Below, piece by piece: positions 1 to 9,892 of a stretch of DNA of 64,000 bases. The stretch is from Nitrospirota bacterium (GTDB lineage: Bacteria; Nitrospirota; UBA9217). The notes below the pieces were generated by a model. That model searched no databases and was not told where the DNA came from. It was given only the letters and a program-made list of their open reading frames with translations. Every line of letters starts with the position of its first letter. The first letter of the stretch is position 1. The DNA is taken from the NCBI GenBank assembly GCA_963751455.1, contig CAVVUN010000006.1, positions 64,001 through 128,000 on the forward strand. The letters run 5' to 3'. The position numbers and the translations under genes are program-made.

Positions 1-28
1 CTCATTATCTGGTGAGGAGAGTCAGGGC

Positions 29-709
29 ATGAGAAAACCGAAAACATCAGTGGAGCGCCTCACGTTCATAATCTGCTTTTTTTCGGTATTATCGGTATGC
101 AGCATTTCGTTCGCGGAAACGGACACAGAATATTGGAATGAAGAAGCGATCCAGGGGCATATCTCGGACCGGCTCTCTGCGAGCGTAGAAACCAAATACC
201 GTTTTAATGACGACGCGAAACAGCATTACTATACGAGTACATCCATGGAATTGAATTATGATTTTCTTTCCTGGCTCGAGGGAGGACTCGGGTACCGGGA
301 GGTGTTTAAACAGAAAAAGAACGGCTGGCAGCAGGAGAACCGTCCCTCTCTCCAGGTAAGTGTCAAGGGGAAAACCGGCGGCTGGAAAGTCAGGAATCGT
401 TTGAAGATCGAACGGCGGAAGAAAGACACAGAGGACGCCTACTATCGCTTCAGGAACAAACTGACCCTGAAATCCCCGTGGAAATGGTCTTCCGCGGAGA
501 TCAATCCCTATCTGGCTGATGAGATATTCAGTGAAAAAAAGAAGCAGGAGGGTTTTAACGAGAACAGGCTGTACGCGGGCGTAGACATGAAGTTGACTGA
601 ACGTGCGGATCTCAGTCTGTATTATATGTACAACATCGAAAAGAAGAACCGCGAGTGGGGCGGCGACAGGATCAATGTGATCGGCACGGAGCTGACGTTT
701 TCCTTTTAA
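29..709 (+). CDS. DUF2490-like outer-membrane beta-barrel protein
   Basis: Signal peptide, alternating amphipathic strands, 'YLADEIF...GFNENRLYAGV' motif, C-terminal Phe. Confidence 0.75.
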   Translation: MRKPKTSVERLTFIICFFSVLSVCSISFAETDTEYWNEEAIQGHISDRLSASVETKYRFNDDAKQHYYTSTSMELNYDFLSWLEGGLGYREVFKQKKNGWQQENRPSLQVSVKGKTGGWKVRNRLKIERRKKDTEDAYYRFRNKLTLKSPWKWSSAEINPYLADEIFSEKKKQEGFNENRLYAGVDMKLTERADLSLYYMYNIEKKNREWGGDRINVIGTELTFSF

Positions 710-729
710 CCTTATAAAGGATCTTTGAC

Positions 730-1626
730 ATGACGACCTCGCAGACAATGAGAGCAATACTTCTGTGTACGCTACTGTCGGCGATTCCCGCTTTCGTTGC
801 CGCTGAAACAGGCGGTCTCCGGCAGATGGGGATAGGCGTAATCAGCTCGAAGCCCGATAAAAGGCTCCGGGATTATGCGGCCATGGCACGATATATTGCA
901 GAACGCCTGGGGCAGTTCGGAATAAAAAAAGTCAAGATAATCGTTGCGAAAGACAGAGAGGAGCTCATTCGACTCGTTAAACAAGGCGACGTTGATGTCA
1001 TGCTGGAAAGCGCCGTTCCCACGATTGAAATGGAGAAAGCGGGAATGGTGCCGACGCTGCTCGCCTGGCGCAAGGGCGTTCGCCAATACCGGACGCTGTT
1101 CGTGACAAGAAAAGACAGCAGTATAAAAACACTTCAGGACCTGAAGGGAAAAACCATCGCCTTGGAAGATCAATACTCAACTTCGGCCTTTGCCATTCCG
1201 ATTGCCGAACTCAAAATGAATTCCCTTCGCATGGTTCCTGCTGACGGTAAAAGAAACGATGAAAACGCGGTAGGTTATACCTTTGCCGGCGAAGCAAGTA
1301 ATGAAGCATACTGGGTCATCCAGGGCAAGGCAGACACGGCGGCCTTAAGCGACAATGACTGGGACGGCCTGCCCGAAAAGGTACGGGCCGAACTCAGGAT
1401 AATTCATCAGACAAACCCTATCCTGAGATATATCGTGTCGTTCCGCAGCAACCTCAGCTCGGCGATAAAAAACGAGACCCGGAGCATCCTGACGAATATG
1501 GATATGGACACGGAAGGACGGCGGGCGCTGAAGAAAGCATCGGACATCAAAAAAATCGAGCTGCTCACGGATGAGGACCTCCGTTCGCTCGACTATGTAA
1601 GGGGACTGATAAAGTTGCCGGACTGA
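730..1626 (+). CDS. Phosphate/phosphonate-binding (PhnD-like) periplasmic protein
   Basis: Signal peptide; 'YRTLFVTRKDSSIKTLQDLKGKTIA...STS' and 'VIQGKADTAA' motifs. Confidence 0.8.
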   Translation: MTTSQTMRAILLCTLLSAIPAFVAAETGGLRQMGIGVISSKPDKRLRDYAAMARYIAERLGQFGIKKVKIIVAKDREELIRLVKQGDVDVMLESAVPTIEMEKAGMVPTLLAWRKGVRQYRTLFVTRKDSSIKTLQDLKGKTIALEDQYSTSAFAIPIAELKMNSLRMVPADGKRNDENAVGYTFAGEASNEAYWVIQGKADTAALSDNDWDGLPEKVRAELRIIHQTNPILRYIVSFRSNLSSAIKNETRSILTNMDMDTEGRRALKKASDIKKIELLTDEDLRSLDYVRGLIKLPD

Positions 1627-1627
1627 C

Positions 1628-3196
1628 ATGAAAGTAAGCATCAGTAATAAATATGCTGCTGCATTCGGGATCATCAGCCTCGTGGTTACGGCCGTAGTAG
1701 CCGTATCGACCATAGCCCTCCTCGTCCGCGGAGGCAATTCGCTGCGCAAGGAAATAGAGAAAACAGAGCGTGAAATCTATGAAGAGAGCCACGGAAAGAC
1801 GCAGTACAATGTTGCGAACTACCTCGGCAGCTATCTCTTTGTTCCGCTCTATCAGCTGGACATCGATAGCATAAACCGGCTTATCAAGGACATGAAAAAG
1901 GCGCTTCCGATCGACTCATTTCTGATCACGGATCCATCAGGCAGGGTCCTGACTGATGGAACAAAACAAAACCATTCGTACGGAATACAGTTGAACCTGG
2001 ACCGCTCATCGCTCGCACGGGGCACCGTCATCGAGAAGAATGAACCGGCCGGCCGAAGGATCAGTTTTTGCGTAAGAGCCGGAAATTACACGGCAGGTTA
2101 CGGAGAGATTGTTTTTTCTCATGCGCCGCTCAAAAACGCAATCGAGCGGCACCGCCAAAGCCTTTCCAGAACATGGAACGAATTTACCGGGGAATTCATC
2201 AAGATCAGCATGATCAGCTTCGCGCTCGTTCTCATGCTCGCGGGCTTGTTGAGTTTTCTCTTTTCCCGTACTCTTTCGCGTCCGCTCATCGCGCTCAAAG
2301 AGGCCACCGACCACGTCGCCCGGGGAAATCTGGACCACCGGGTGATGATTACTTCGGAAGATGAGATCGGGGAACTGGCTGCTTCCTTCAACCGGATGGT
2401 ATCGGATCTCAAGATTTCAACGGAACGGCTCCGGGATGCGAATGAAAAACTTAAGGCGCTGGACAGCCTGAAATCCGAATTCATTTCGATCGTATCTCAT
2501 GAGCTGCGCACGCCGATCACGTCCGTAAAGGCATTCGCCGAACTTATCCTGATAAAACCGGCCATGCCTGAGAAAAAGAAAGAGGAATTTCTCAAGATCA
2601 TCAAGTGCGAGAGCGATCGCCTCGCGCGGCTGATCAACGATATCCTCGATATCACCAGGATCGAAACAGGAAAATTATACTGGCACATGGACACGGTGTC
2701 ATTGGATGAAGTGGTCCGTCATTCGGTGGCAAGCATGCAACCGCTCGCAAGCAATAAGCACATTACCATTATAGACGAGATGGAGGAAGGCTTGCCCTCG
2801 CTCTTTGCGGACAGGGACCGGCTGGTGCAGGTTGTAACTAACATCGTATCGAATGCAGTCAAGTTTACACAGGCGGGAGGAAAGATATCGGTAAGGGCAT
2901 CCAGGCACAATGGAGTGCAACCCTCAGTTACCATATCGGTATCGGACACCGGCATCGGGATACCGGAAGACAGCCTGCACCTGATTTTTGATAAATTTCA
3001 TCGCGCACAAAACAACCGGTTTGTCCATACCAGCGAGGGCACGGGCCTCGGTCTCGCCATTGCCCGGGAAATCGTGGAGCATCATGGCGGCGTAATTCGC
3101 GCGACGAACAACCCTGATCGAGGATCCACTATTTCTTTTACGCTGCCTCTTGAGAAAGGCGATTCTCGCCAAACCCCGGTTACGGCCGGGGCCTGA
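1628..3196 (+). CDS. HAMP-domain sensor histidine kinase
   Basis: Two TM helices, HAMP (DEIGELAASFNRM), H-box SHELRTP, N-box NAVKFT, G-boxes DTGIGI and GTGLGL. Confidence 0.95.
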   Translation: MKVSISNKYAAAFGIISLVVTAVVAVSTIALLVRGGNSLRKEIEKTEREIYEESHGKTQYNVANYLGSYLFVPLYQLDIDSINRLIKDMKKALPIDSFLITDPSGRVLTDGTKQNHSYGIQLNLDRSSLARGTVIEKNEPAGRRISFCVRAGNYTAGYGEIVFSHAPLKNAIERHRQSLSRTWNEFTGEFIKISMISFALVLMLAGLLSFLFSRTLSRPLIALKEATDHVARGNLDHRVMITSEDEIGELAASFNRMVSDLKISTERLRDANEKLKALDSLKSEFISIVSHELRTPITSVKAFAELILIKPAMPEKKKEEFLKIIKCESDRLARLINDILDITRIETGKLYWHMDTVSLDEVVRHSVASMQPLASNKHITIIDEMEEGLPSLFADRDRLVQVVTNIVSNAVKFTQAGGKISVRASRHNGVQPSVTISVSDTGIGIPEDSLHLIFDKFHRAQNNRFVHTSEGTGLGLAIAREIVEHHGGVIRATNNPDRGSTISFTLPLEKGDSRQTPVTAGA

Positions 3197-3386
3197 AAGT
3201 ATCCTATAGTTTCCCTTCTTAACGCTGCAGGCGCTTTTTTAAACTTCAGCCTGATTTATGCTATAAGTATTTATTGATTTATGATATAGTTGAACTTAAC
3301 AAATTTTTATTTCTGGAGTGTCTATTATGCATGCTACCGAAAAAAATATTACAAGCGGACATTTAAGATCATCGATAGGGTTTGAA

Positions 3387-3860
3387 ATGATCGTCGGAGA
3401 CGTGATGACACGAAAGGTCATTTCCATTTCAAAATACGAGACCATCATGAACGTCGCTGATATTTTAACGGAAAAAAATATCAGCGGGCTTCCGGTCGTG
3501 GACAAAGAAAACAAGGTGATCGGAATAATAACGCAGGCGGACATTCTTTCAATGGTTGGCGTCCGCAGAGAGCACACGTTCAAGGACCTGTTGAAATACA
3601 TGCTTGGAGAACCGCTCCCGCAACATAAACTCGGAGACCATGTCGGAGATATTATGACCAGTCCGGCTTTGACGATCGGACCAGATACGAATATTGCCGA
3701 AGCGGTAAAGATGATGGATGAGAAAAGGATCAGAAGGCTGACCGTAGTGGATGAGAGCGGCATTCTTATCGGGATTCTTACGAGAGCCGATGTCCTGAAG
3801 GCGGTGATCAATAAAATAAAATCCGATCAGCAGGAGACACACGGAGCTGCGGACAGATAG
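3387..3860 (+). CDS. Tandem CBS-domain protein
   Basis: Two CBS repeats (VGDVMT...ISGLPVVD; VGDIMT...IRRLTVVD); ATG at 3387 preferred over 3318. Confidence 0.9.
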   Translation: MIVGDVMTRKVISISKYETIMNVADILTEKNISGLPVVDKENKVIGIITQADILSMVGVRREHTFKDLLKYMLGEPLPQHKLGDHVGDIMTSPALTIGPDTNIAEAVKMMDEKRIRRLTVVDESGILIGILTRADVLKAVINKIKSDQQETHGAADR

Positions 3861-3930
3861 TAACACCTACGGGCTCAGTCACGGTTTAAACTCCGGAACC
3901 GCCGGAATTCCTCCGTTTCTTCCTGCCGGC

Positions 3931-4914
3931 CTAATTCTTCCGCATCATTTCTACCAGCGAAAACCATCCGCGTGCATCCGAAAACCACCGTCTGATCTTC
4001 AATCCCGCATCAGTTGCAATCCTTTCCACGGTTTCTCTCTTGAACTTCCTGCACACTTCGGTGTGAATAGTCTCTCCCTTGATCATCGTAACACGCATAT
4101 CAAGCGCATCAATCCTTACTGATATATCGCGGTTCGCGCGCAGGTGCATCTCGACCCTCTCCCGCGTTTCATCATAGAAGGCGGCATGGTCGAAGTCGGC
4201 AGGATCGAAATGCGCCTTCAGCTCCCGGTTCATCACATTCAGAATGTTTTTATTGAATGCTGCCGTAAGGCCCTGTGAATCGTTATAGGCTGCTTCAAGT
4301 ATGTCCTTCGGCTTGACCATGTCCATGCCGACAAGAAAGCGGCCCCCGTGCCCCATGCTTGCTGCAATATGTCTCATGAATTTTCCGCCTTCCGCTTCGC
4401 TGAAGTTGCCTATTGTGCTGCCGAATAATACAATCAGGTTCCCTTCGAAAGGCAGGGAATGCAGCCGCCTGGTGAAATCGGCAACAATGCATTGAACCTT
4501 GAGATCCGGATAGAGAACGATGAGTTCTTCAGCCGCCCGCGTCAAAACCGACCGGCACACGTCGATCGGCACGTAACGCAAGCCCGAATGCAGGCCGTTT
4601 CTCGCGTCGAGCAGCGCCTTGATCTTCCGGTTGGCGCCCGATCCCAGCTCGATTATGGTGTCCCCGTCCGTGTCCCGCATGATTGCGTCTGCCTCGTGCT
4701 TTAAAATCGAGAGCTCCGTACGGGTCTGATAGTATTCGGGCAACTCGCAGATCTTCTCAAACAGGGAGGAGCCCCGGGCATCGTAAAAATATTTCGAGGG
4801 GAGGAACTTGCGGGCTGCGGTCAGCCCCTCATACACTTCGCGTTTCATGTCGTCGAGCAAAGTCCCGGTCATGTAATTGATGGTTTGAAGGCGGGATGAA
4901 AATGATGCCGTCAT
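3931..4914 (-). CDS. egtD: L-histidine N(alpha)-methyltransferase (hercynine synthesis)
   Basis: 'LPSKYFYDARGSSLFEKICELPEYYQTRTE', 'IELGSG', 'GSTIGNF', 'AAYNDSQGLTAAFNKNIL', 'GETIHTE' signatures. Confidence 0.95.
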   Translation of the reverse strand: MTASFSSRLQTINYMTGTLLDDMKREVYEGLTAARKFLPSKYFYDARGSSLFEKICELPEYYQTRTELSILKHEADAIMRDTDGDTIIELGSGANRKIKALLDARNGLHSGLRYVPIDVCRSVLTRAAEELIVLYPDLKVQCIVADFTRRLHSLPFEGNLIVLFGSTIGNFSEAEGGKFMRHIAASMGHGGRFLVGMDMVKPKDILEAAYNDSQGLTAAFNKNILNVMNRELKAHFDPADFDHAAFYDETRERVEMHLRANRDISVRIDALDMRVTMIKGETIHTEVCRKFKRETVERIATDAGLKIRRWFSDARGWFSLVEMMRKN

Positions 4915-4929
4915 AATCAGCTCTCCTTA

Positions 4930-7900
4930 TTATCTGCAGGGAATAAATTGTATGCTGCTTTTTGACGTGCGAATCATTTCATGAAAACGGGTTATGGCTT
5001 TCTCGATTTCCTCGGACGTGTTATCGATGCCCAGAGAGATGCGTATCGAGCAATGCGCCTCTTCCTCCGACAGCCCCATGGCAAGAAGAACATGGGAAGG
5101 TTTCGGAGAACCGGAGCGGCAGGCTGATCCCGAAGAGAGACATACTCCTTTCTGATCAAGCGCAAGCACCACGGACTCTCCGCGCATACCGGGCAGCGTC
5201 ATATTCACGGTATTCGGCAACCGATCAGTGACGTCTCCGTTTATGCAGGAACCGGCAGCAAGCTGCAGAAGAGCGCGTTCAAGCCGGTCACGCATCGTTC
5301 TGACGCTCTGCATCCGCGCCAGATTTGCTGCTGCAAGCTGCGCCGCCTTTCCAAGTCCTGCAATGGCCGGCGCGTTCTCGGTCCCGGCCCGCAGGCCCCC
5401 CTCCTGGCTGCCGCCGTGAATGAGCGGTTCAAGCACCGCGCCTTTTCGCAGGTAAAGAATGCCGACGCCTTTCGGTCCGTGTATTTTGTGTCCCGACGCT
5501 GAAAGGAAATCGACACCCAGCGTGTCAACGTCCAGCGGAACTTTTCCGACTGCCTGGACTGCATCGGTATGAAACAGCACGCCATGCTCCCTGGCGATTC
5601 GCGAGAGTTCGGGAATCGGCTGAATCGTCCCGGTTTCGTTGTTCGCGGTCATGATGCTCGCGAGGAGCGTTCTGTCCGTCAACGCGGCTTGAAATTTTCC
5701 GGGGTCTGTCTTTCCTGTCCTGCTGACCGGCAGATACGTAAGCTGAAAGCCATTCCGTTCAAGCCAGGCGCATGTTGCAAGCACCGAAGGATGCTCCACC
5801 GATGTCGTGATAATATGGTTTTTGCCTTTCCTGTTCGCGAAAGCGACCCCTTTCAACACAAGATTGTTGGACTCGGATCCCCCTCCCGTAAAGACGATCC
5901 GTCTTGCCGTACAATTCAGCAGCTGCCCGATACTCCGCCGTGCCGCTTCTATCGTGAAATGCGCGTCCCTTCCCTCCCTGTAGATGCTCGACGGATTTCC
6001 ATACCGGTGTCTTAAGCAATCCGTCATTACTTCCAGCACCTCCGAAGCTACCGGCGTGGTGGCGTTATGATCCAGGTAAATTCGTCCTGCTGACGATAGG
6101 GCCGAAGTTTCCCTGACTGAAACAGGAAAATATTCACCCGTATCAATTCGATGGCCGGCAGCAGCCGTTGAAACCCTCCTGACATCGCAGAGAAGCGCCT
6201 TGTACACCGGGAACCCGGATATCGGATCATATTGTCCGAGGTCGGTAAGATCGTTGACATTGCAGTGCTGCCATGCCTCCGGCCCAACCGGTCCTCCCCC
6301 TCCCATGTTAGCGTCAACAGTTCCCTGCACAATGTCTTCCGTTACGAGCGCCCGCATCCTTATCTGCCCTCTTGAAGTCATGACCGACACAACGTCTCCC
6401 TGTTTGATGTTTCTTGTGCGTGCGTCTTCGATATTAATAGTGACTGTCGGCTCCGGCCGTTCACGGCACAGTTCAGGAACACCATGGTGCTGAGACCGGA
6501 AGTCGGTCGTCACGCGGGAACCTGAATTAAAAACGAGCGGGAAACGTTCAGCCAGGTCCGGCCGGGACCGCGGACCCTCCCTGGGTTCTGTATAGACCGG
6601 AAGCGGATCGTAGCCGTATTCCTCAAGGATCGAGGAAGCGATTTCGAATTTGCCGGAGGGTGTTTCGAACCCCGGCTGCTTGTCCTTCCTCAAGAGCCCC
6701 TTCTCCCATTTTTTGTATTGCATCATGACCGTGGGGACGCTTACTGTTCCACCGGCCTCTCGGACGTCTGCGAGCGTAAAACCGGAACCTTTCAGAACGT
6801 GCTTCAGAAGCTCCTCCTCGTTTTGCGGATACCGGTCTCCGTAGCCCAGGCGCTGTGCGAGGCCCGCCATGATGAAAAAATCGTTTCGCGCTTCACCCTG
6901 CGGTTCTATCACTTTTTCCCGGATCCGGAATACCGGCCCGTAGGTCATATACGACTCGATCTCGTACATCGTACAGGCAGGCAGAACAATGTCCGCATAA
7001 GCGCAGTCGGCAGTAAGCTGACGATCGATGCAAACCAGGAAATCGAGGCTGCCGAGCGTTTTTCTCCAGATTTCCGGTTGGGGCCATGAGGTCAGAATTG
7101 AAGATCCGAGGATAAGGAGAGACGTGACCGGATAGGGACGACCGTTCAAAACCGCGTCCGGGAGGGCCTGCGGGTGGGATTCGTCCCTGTAGAGGCTGTA
7201 GATCGGGAAATGCTCCCTGCCTATCGACTTCCCCGGGTCCGGGTTCTTGACATGGCCGTCCCTGTTGATGGGGAACCTGTTTTCGTTCATGGTAAAGCAG
7301 CGTCCGCCCGGGACATCCATCTGACCTGCAAGCGCCCACAGTATCATGGTCGCCCGTATTGCCTGGACCCCGCTGTCGCTGTATTCGAGGCCGCTGTACA
7401 TTATCGGAGAAGCCCCGTTCGCATCCGCGATTCGCCTCGCGAGAGACCGTACGGTATCCGCGGCCACGCCGGTAATGTGCTCCACGACCTCCGGTCTGAA
7501 GTGCCGGACATATTCCGAAAATTTGTCGAATCCCCTTGTCCAGTCGCGAATAAAAGCCTCATCATGCGATTCTTCGCTGAGCAGCACGTTGCACATACCC
7601 AGCGCAAGGGCCCCGTCCGTGCCCGGCCTGATCCTGATCCATTCCGCGCCCGGGAGCCCGGCAGTCCGGGTCCTTCTCGGATCGATCATGACAAGGCGCG
7701 CGCCGCGCTGCACCGCCCCCGAGATCCTCTGAAAATCGAGGGGAGGGCAGTCGGTTGCGGGGTTCGCACCCCAGACAACGATGAGCCCGGCATTTTCAAT
7801 GTCCGAGAACATGTTTATAAGCATGCCGCCCATTGTCACATGGGGAGCGATCATGGCAAAAGAAACGTAGCAGAGGGAACCGACACCCATGGTATTCGGC

Positions 7901-8310
7901 GAACCGTATGGGAAGAGCACACTCGAGGCTGACGAGACAGCAACGCCCTTCGGCTGGTATACATCGCACAGGGAGAGCTCGAAGCTTCCCCTCCCCGTAT
8001 AGATGGCGGCAGCCTGGGGGCCGTACTCTGCCTTGACCCTGTTAAGCTTCCCCACGATGATTTCATAGGCGAGGTCCCACGAGATTGCTTCAAAATCGTA
8101 GCTGCCCTTTGCGCCTTTCCTGCGCATCGGATGGAGCAGCCTGTCTTTCGAATACACAATACCGGCGGAGTTTTCTCCGAGCTTGCAGAGCATCCCAAGC
8201 TGCGATGTTTCGTCGGGCCTGATTGAATCGAGCCGCCCCTTTTCATCAAAGGCGGCAACGATCCAGCACCCGGCCGGACAGACGCCGCACAATGCACGTT
8301 TTTCGATCAT
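4930..8310 (-). CDS. mes: Metallopterin-dependent ergothioneine synthase (acetylene-hydratase-like Mo/W-bisPGD domain fused to IscS-type cysteine desulfurase)
   Basis: N-terminal CGVCPAGC 4Fe-4S motif and molybdopterin oxidoreductase motifs; C-terminal 'IYLDHNATT', 'HTDAVQ', 'SGHKIHGPKG', 'SSGSAC'; directly upstream of egtD. Confidence 0.88.
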   Translation of the reverse strand: MIEKRALCGVCPAGCWIVAAFDEKGRLDSIRPDETSQLGMLCKLGENSAGIVYSKDRLLHPMRRKGAKGSYDFEAISWDLAYEIIVGKLNRVKAEYGPQAAAIYTGRGSFELSLCDVYQPKGVAVSSASSVLFPYGSPNTMGVGSLCYVSFAMIAPHVTMGGMLINMFSDIENAGLIVVWGANPATDCPPLDFQRISGAVQRGARLVMIDPRRTRTAGLPGAEWIRIRPGTDGALALGMCNVLLSEESHDEAFIRDWTRGFDKFSEYVRHFRPEVVEHITGVAADTVRSLARRIADANGASPIMYSGLEYSDSGVQAIRATMILWALAGQMDVPGGRCFTMNENRFPINRDGHVKNPDPGKSIGREHFPIYSLYRDESHPQALPDAVLNGRPYPVTSLLILGSSILTSWPQPEIWRKTLGSLDFLVCIDRQLTADCAYADIVLPACTMYEIESYMTYGPVFRIREKVIEPQGEARNDFFIMAGLAQRLGYGDRYPQNEEELLKHVLKGSGFTLADVREAGGTVSVPTVMMQYKKWEKGLLRKDKQPGFETPSGKFEIASSILEEYGYDPLPVYTEPREGPRSRPDLAERFPLVFNSGSRVTTDFRSQHHGVPELCRERPEPTVTINIEDARTRNIKQGDVVSVMTSRGQIRMRALVTEDIVQGTVDANMGGGGPVGPEAWQHCNVNDLTDLGQYDPISGFPVYKALLCDVRRVSTAAAGHRIDTGEYFPVSVRETSALSSAGRIYLDHNATTPVASEVLEVMTDCLRHRYGNPSSIYREGRDAHFTIEAARRSIGQLLNCTARRIVFTGGGSESNNLVLKGVAFANRKGKNHIITTSVEHPSVLATCAWLERNGFQLTYLPVSRTGKTDPGKFQAALTDRTLLASIMTANNETGTIQPIPELSRIAREHGVLFHTDAVQAVGKVPLDVDTLGVDFLSASGHKIHGPKGVGILYLRKGAVLEPLIHGGSQEGGLRAGTENAPAIAGLGKAAQLAAANLARMQSVRTMRDRLERALLQLAAGSCINGDVTDRLPNTVNMTLPGMRGESVVLALDQKGVCLSSGSACRSGSPKPSHVLLAMGLSEEEAHCSIRISLGIDNTSEEIEKAITRFHEMIRTSKSSIQFIPCR

Positions 8311-8473
8311 GGCTGCATACCATTGATTGAGTAGACCGAGAGTTTGCGGGAGATATATCTATGAACCTATCACGAGGAATACTAACTGTCAAAAGACGGG
8401 GAGAGGAGAGTGAAGTGACTGGAAATCCGGAGTGAATCTCTCTTCGTAAATTGTAAGTATGAGAAGAATCTAG

Positions 8474-8770
8474 CAGGCTGCTGAAAAAGTGTTTTGAGTG
8501 GTTCGACAAGCTCACCACGAACGGATAATCCTGAAAAAAGCAGTTGGACACGGATAAAATCTGATCAACACGGATTTATAGGAAGTTACGAACAGTAATG
8601 TTCACCCAAAAGGCGAGATGGCTTTTTGCTCTATCACATTGTTTTGATCCGCTGTTTCCGTGTTCATCCGTGTTCAAATGCCGTTTTTAGGATAATAGCA
8701 AATGTTTCAATGGCCGAACCGTTCGCCCTGAGCCTGTCGAAGGGTGAACGGGGCTTTTTTCAGCAGACTG
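8474..8770. mobile_element. MITE with terminal inverted repeats, CTAG-flanked, containing a nested MITE
   Basis: CTAG-CAGGCTGCTGAAAAA ... TTTTTCAGCAGACTG-CTAG; internal palindromes gtggttcgacaagctcaccac and ccctgagcctgtcgaaggg. Confidence 0.8.
8529..8692. mobile_element. MITE family A, copy 1 (164 bp, TSD TAA)
   Basis: Near-identical to 41072-41237; ends TCCTGAAAA...TTTTAGGA; TAA at 8526-8528 and 8693-8695. Confidence 0.85.
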
Positions 8771-8774
8771 CTAG

Positions 8775-8978
8775 TGTAGTGTCTCACAAACGACTGGTGT
8801 TATCATAGCGAGTAGGCCGCAGCCAAACTTGTAGGGCAAGGCTTTAGCCTTGCTGAAACGCCGGAACAGCAGCAACCCTAAAGGGTCGCCCTACAAATTC
8901 ATCAGCAAATATTTATGCGAAGATATCAAGTTTTCGATGAGAAATCATCATAACACCGTCCATTTAAGAGACACTACA
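8775..8978. mobile_element. Second CTAG-flanked MITE containing a GTAG-type REP doublet
   Basis: TIR TGTAGTGTCTC / GAGACACTACA between CTAG 8771-8774 and CTAG 8979-8982; inside, GTAGGGCAAGGCTTTAGCCTTGC and inverted GCAACCCTAAAGGGTCGCCCTAC. Confidence 0.75.
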
Positions 8979-9010
8979 CTAGCAGGCTGGTGTTTGAACC
9001 GGCCGGATTC

Positions 9011-9655
9011 CTAGGTTTCCCGGTTATTGCGGGACGAGAAAAACCACTGCACGAAATAATCCCCGATAAAACCGACATACGCTCCGGCGATAACATCACT
9101 CAGAAAATGATAATTTGTGGCAATGAGCGCCACTGAGAGAACCGCCAGACAGCCGTACGCAGCATACCGGTACCGGGGATAATAGCGGGCAACGGCAAGA
9201 AAGAAAGCGGTAAAAACAGCCATGTGACCGGAAGGAAAACTTGTGTAGTTTCCGCTTCCATGAAACCAGTGAAATTCCCTTGCCCTGGGATACTGCACCC
9301 AGAACCGGGCATCTATCCTTCCGACAATCATCTTGAGCACTGATTTCGCGACAAACGTCAACGGCAGCGTGACCGCAATCATTCGGGAAAACCGGGTATG
9401 CTGGTTGTATACGCCGTGCCGCGTCAAATAGAGATAAGCGGCCCATGAGGCGCCGGAGACGACGCACACGATAAGAAACAGGACGTCCGGGACGTTCGAG
9501 GAGAAGACGTCCATTTTTGCCATCAGGACTTTTTTCACGAAAAACGCAACCGGTTTGTCGAGTAAATAATAACTACCCGTCACAGACACTGCGGCAAGCA
9601 GGGAACTGAACCAAATATTCTTCGTATTCGAATTCATGGCCGGTAATATTCTCAT
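9011..9655 (-). CDS. PAP2-family membrane phosphatase
   Basis: K..VGR, SFPSGH and HFLSDV motifs; hydrophobic. Confidence 0.9.
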   Translation of the reverse strand: MRILPAMNSNTKNIWFSSLLAAVSVTGSYYLLDKPVAFFVKKVLMAKMDVFSSNVPDVLFLIVCVVSGASWAAYLYLTRHGVYNQHTRFSRMIAVTLPLTFVAKSVLKMIVGRIDARFWVQYPRAREFHWFHGSGNYTSFPSGHMAVFTAFFLAVARYYPRYRYAAYGCLAVLSVALIATNYHFLSDVIAGAYVGFIGDYFVQWFFSSRNNRET

Positions 9656-9681
9656 GGATCTGGAAAAATGACAAGCATTTA

Positions 9682-9858
9682 TCCGGAAAACGGCAATTGG
9701 ACGCGGATGAACGCAGATTAGCGCAGATAAAACAAAGTCTTTTTGATCAAATGCGACTCGCCAGTTCGGTGATTCTTTTTAGAAGTTGAAAATCTTTTTT
9801 ATTCAAGCTTTATCTGCGTCTATCCGATTTTTCTGCGTCTCAAATGCTCGTTTTAGGT
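9682..9858. mobile_element. MITE family A, diverged copy (TSD TTA)
   Basis: Ends TCCGGAAAACGGCAATTGG...CAAATGCTCGTTTTAGGT; TTA at 9679-9681 and 9859-9861; internal cgcagat/atctgcg repeats. Confidence 0.7.
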
Positions 9859-9892
9859 TTATGCCTGAAGTGCAGTGAGGCGCACTGCCGGG

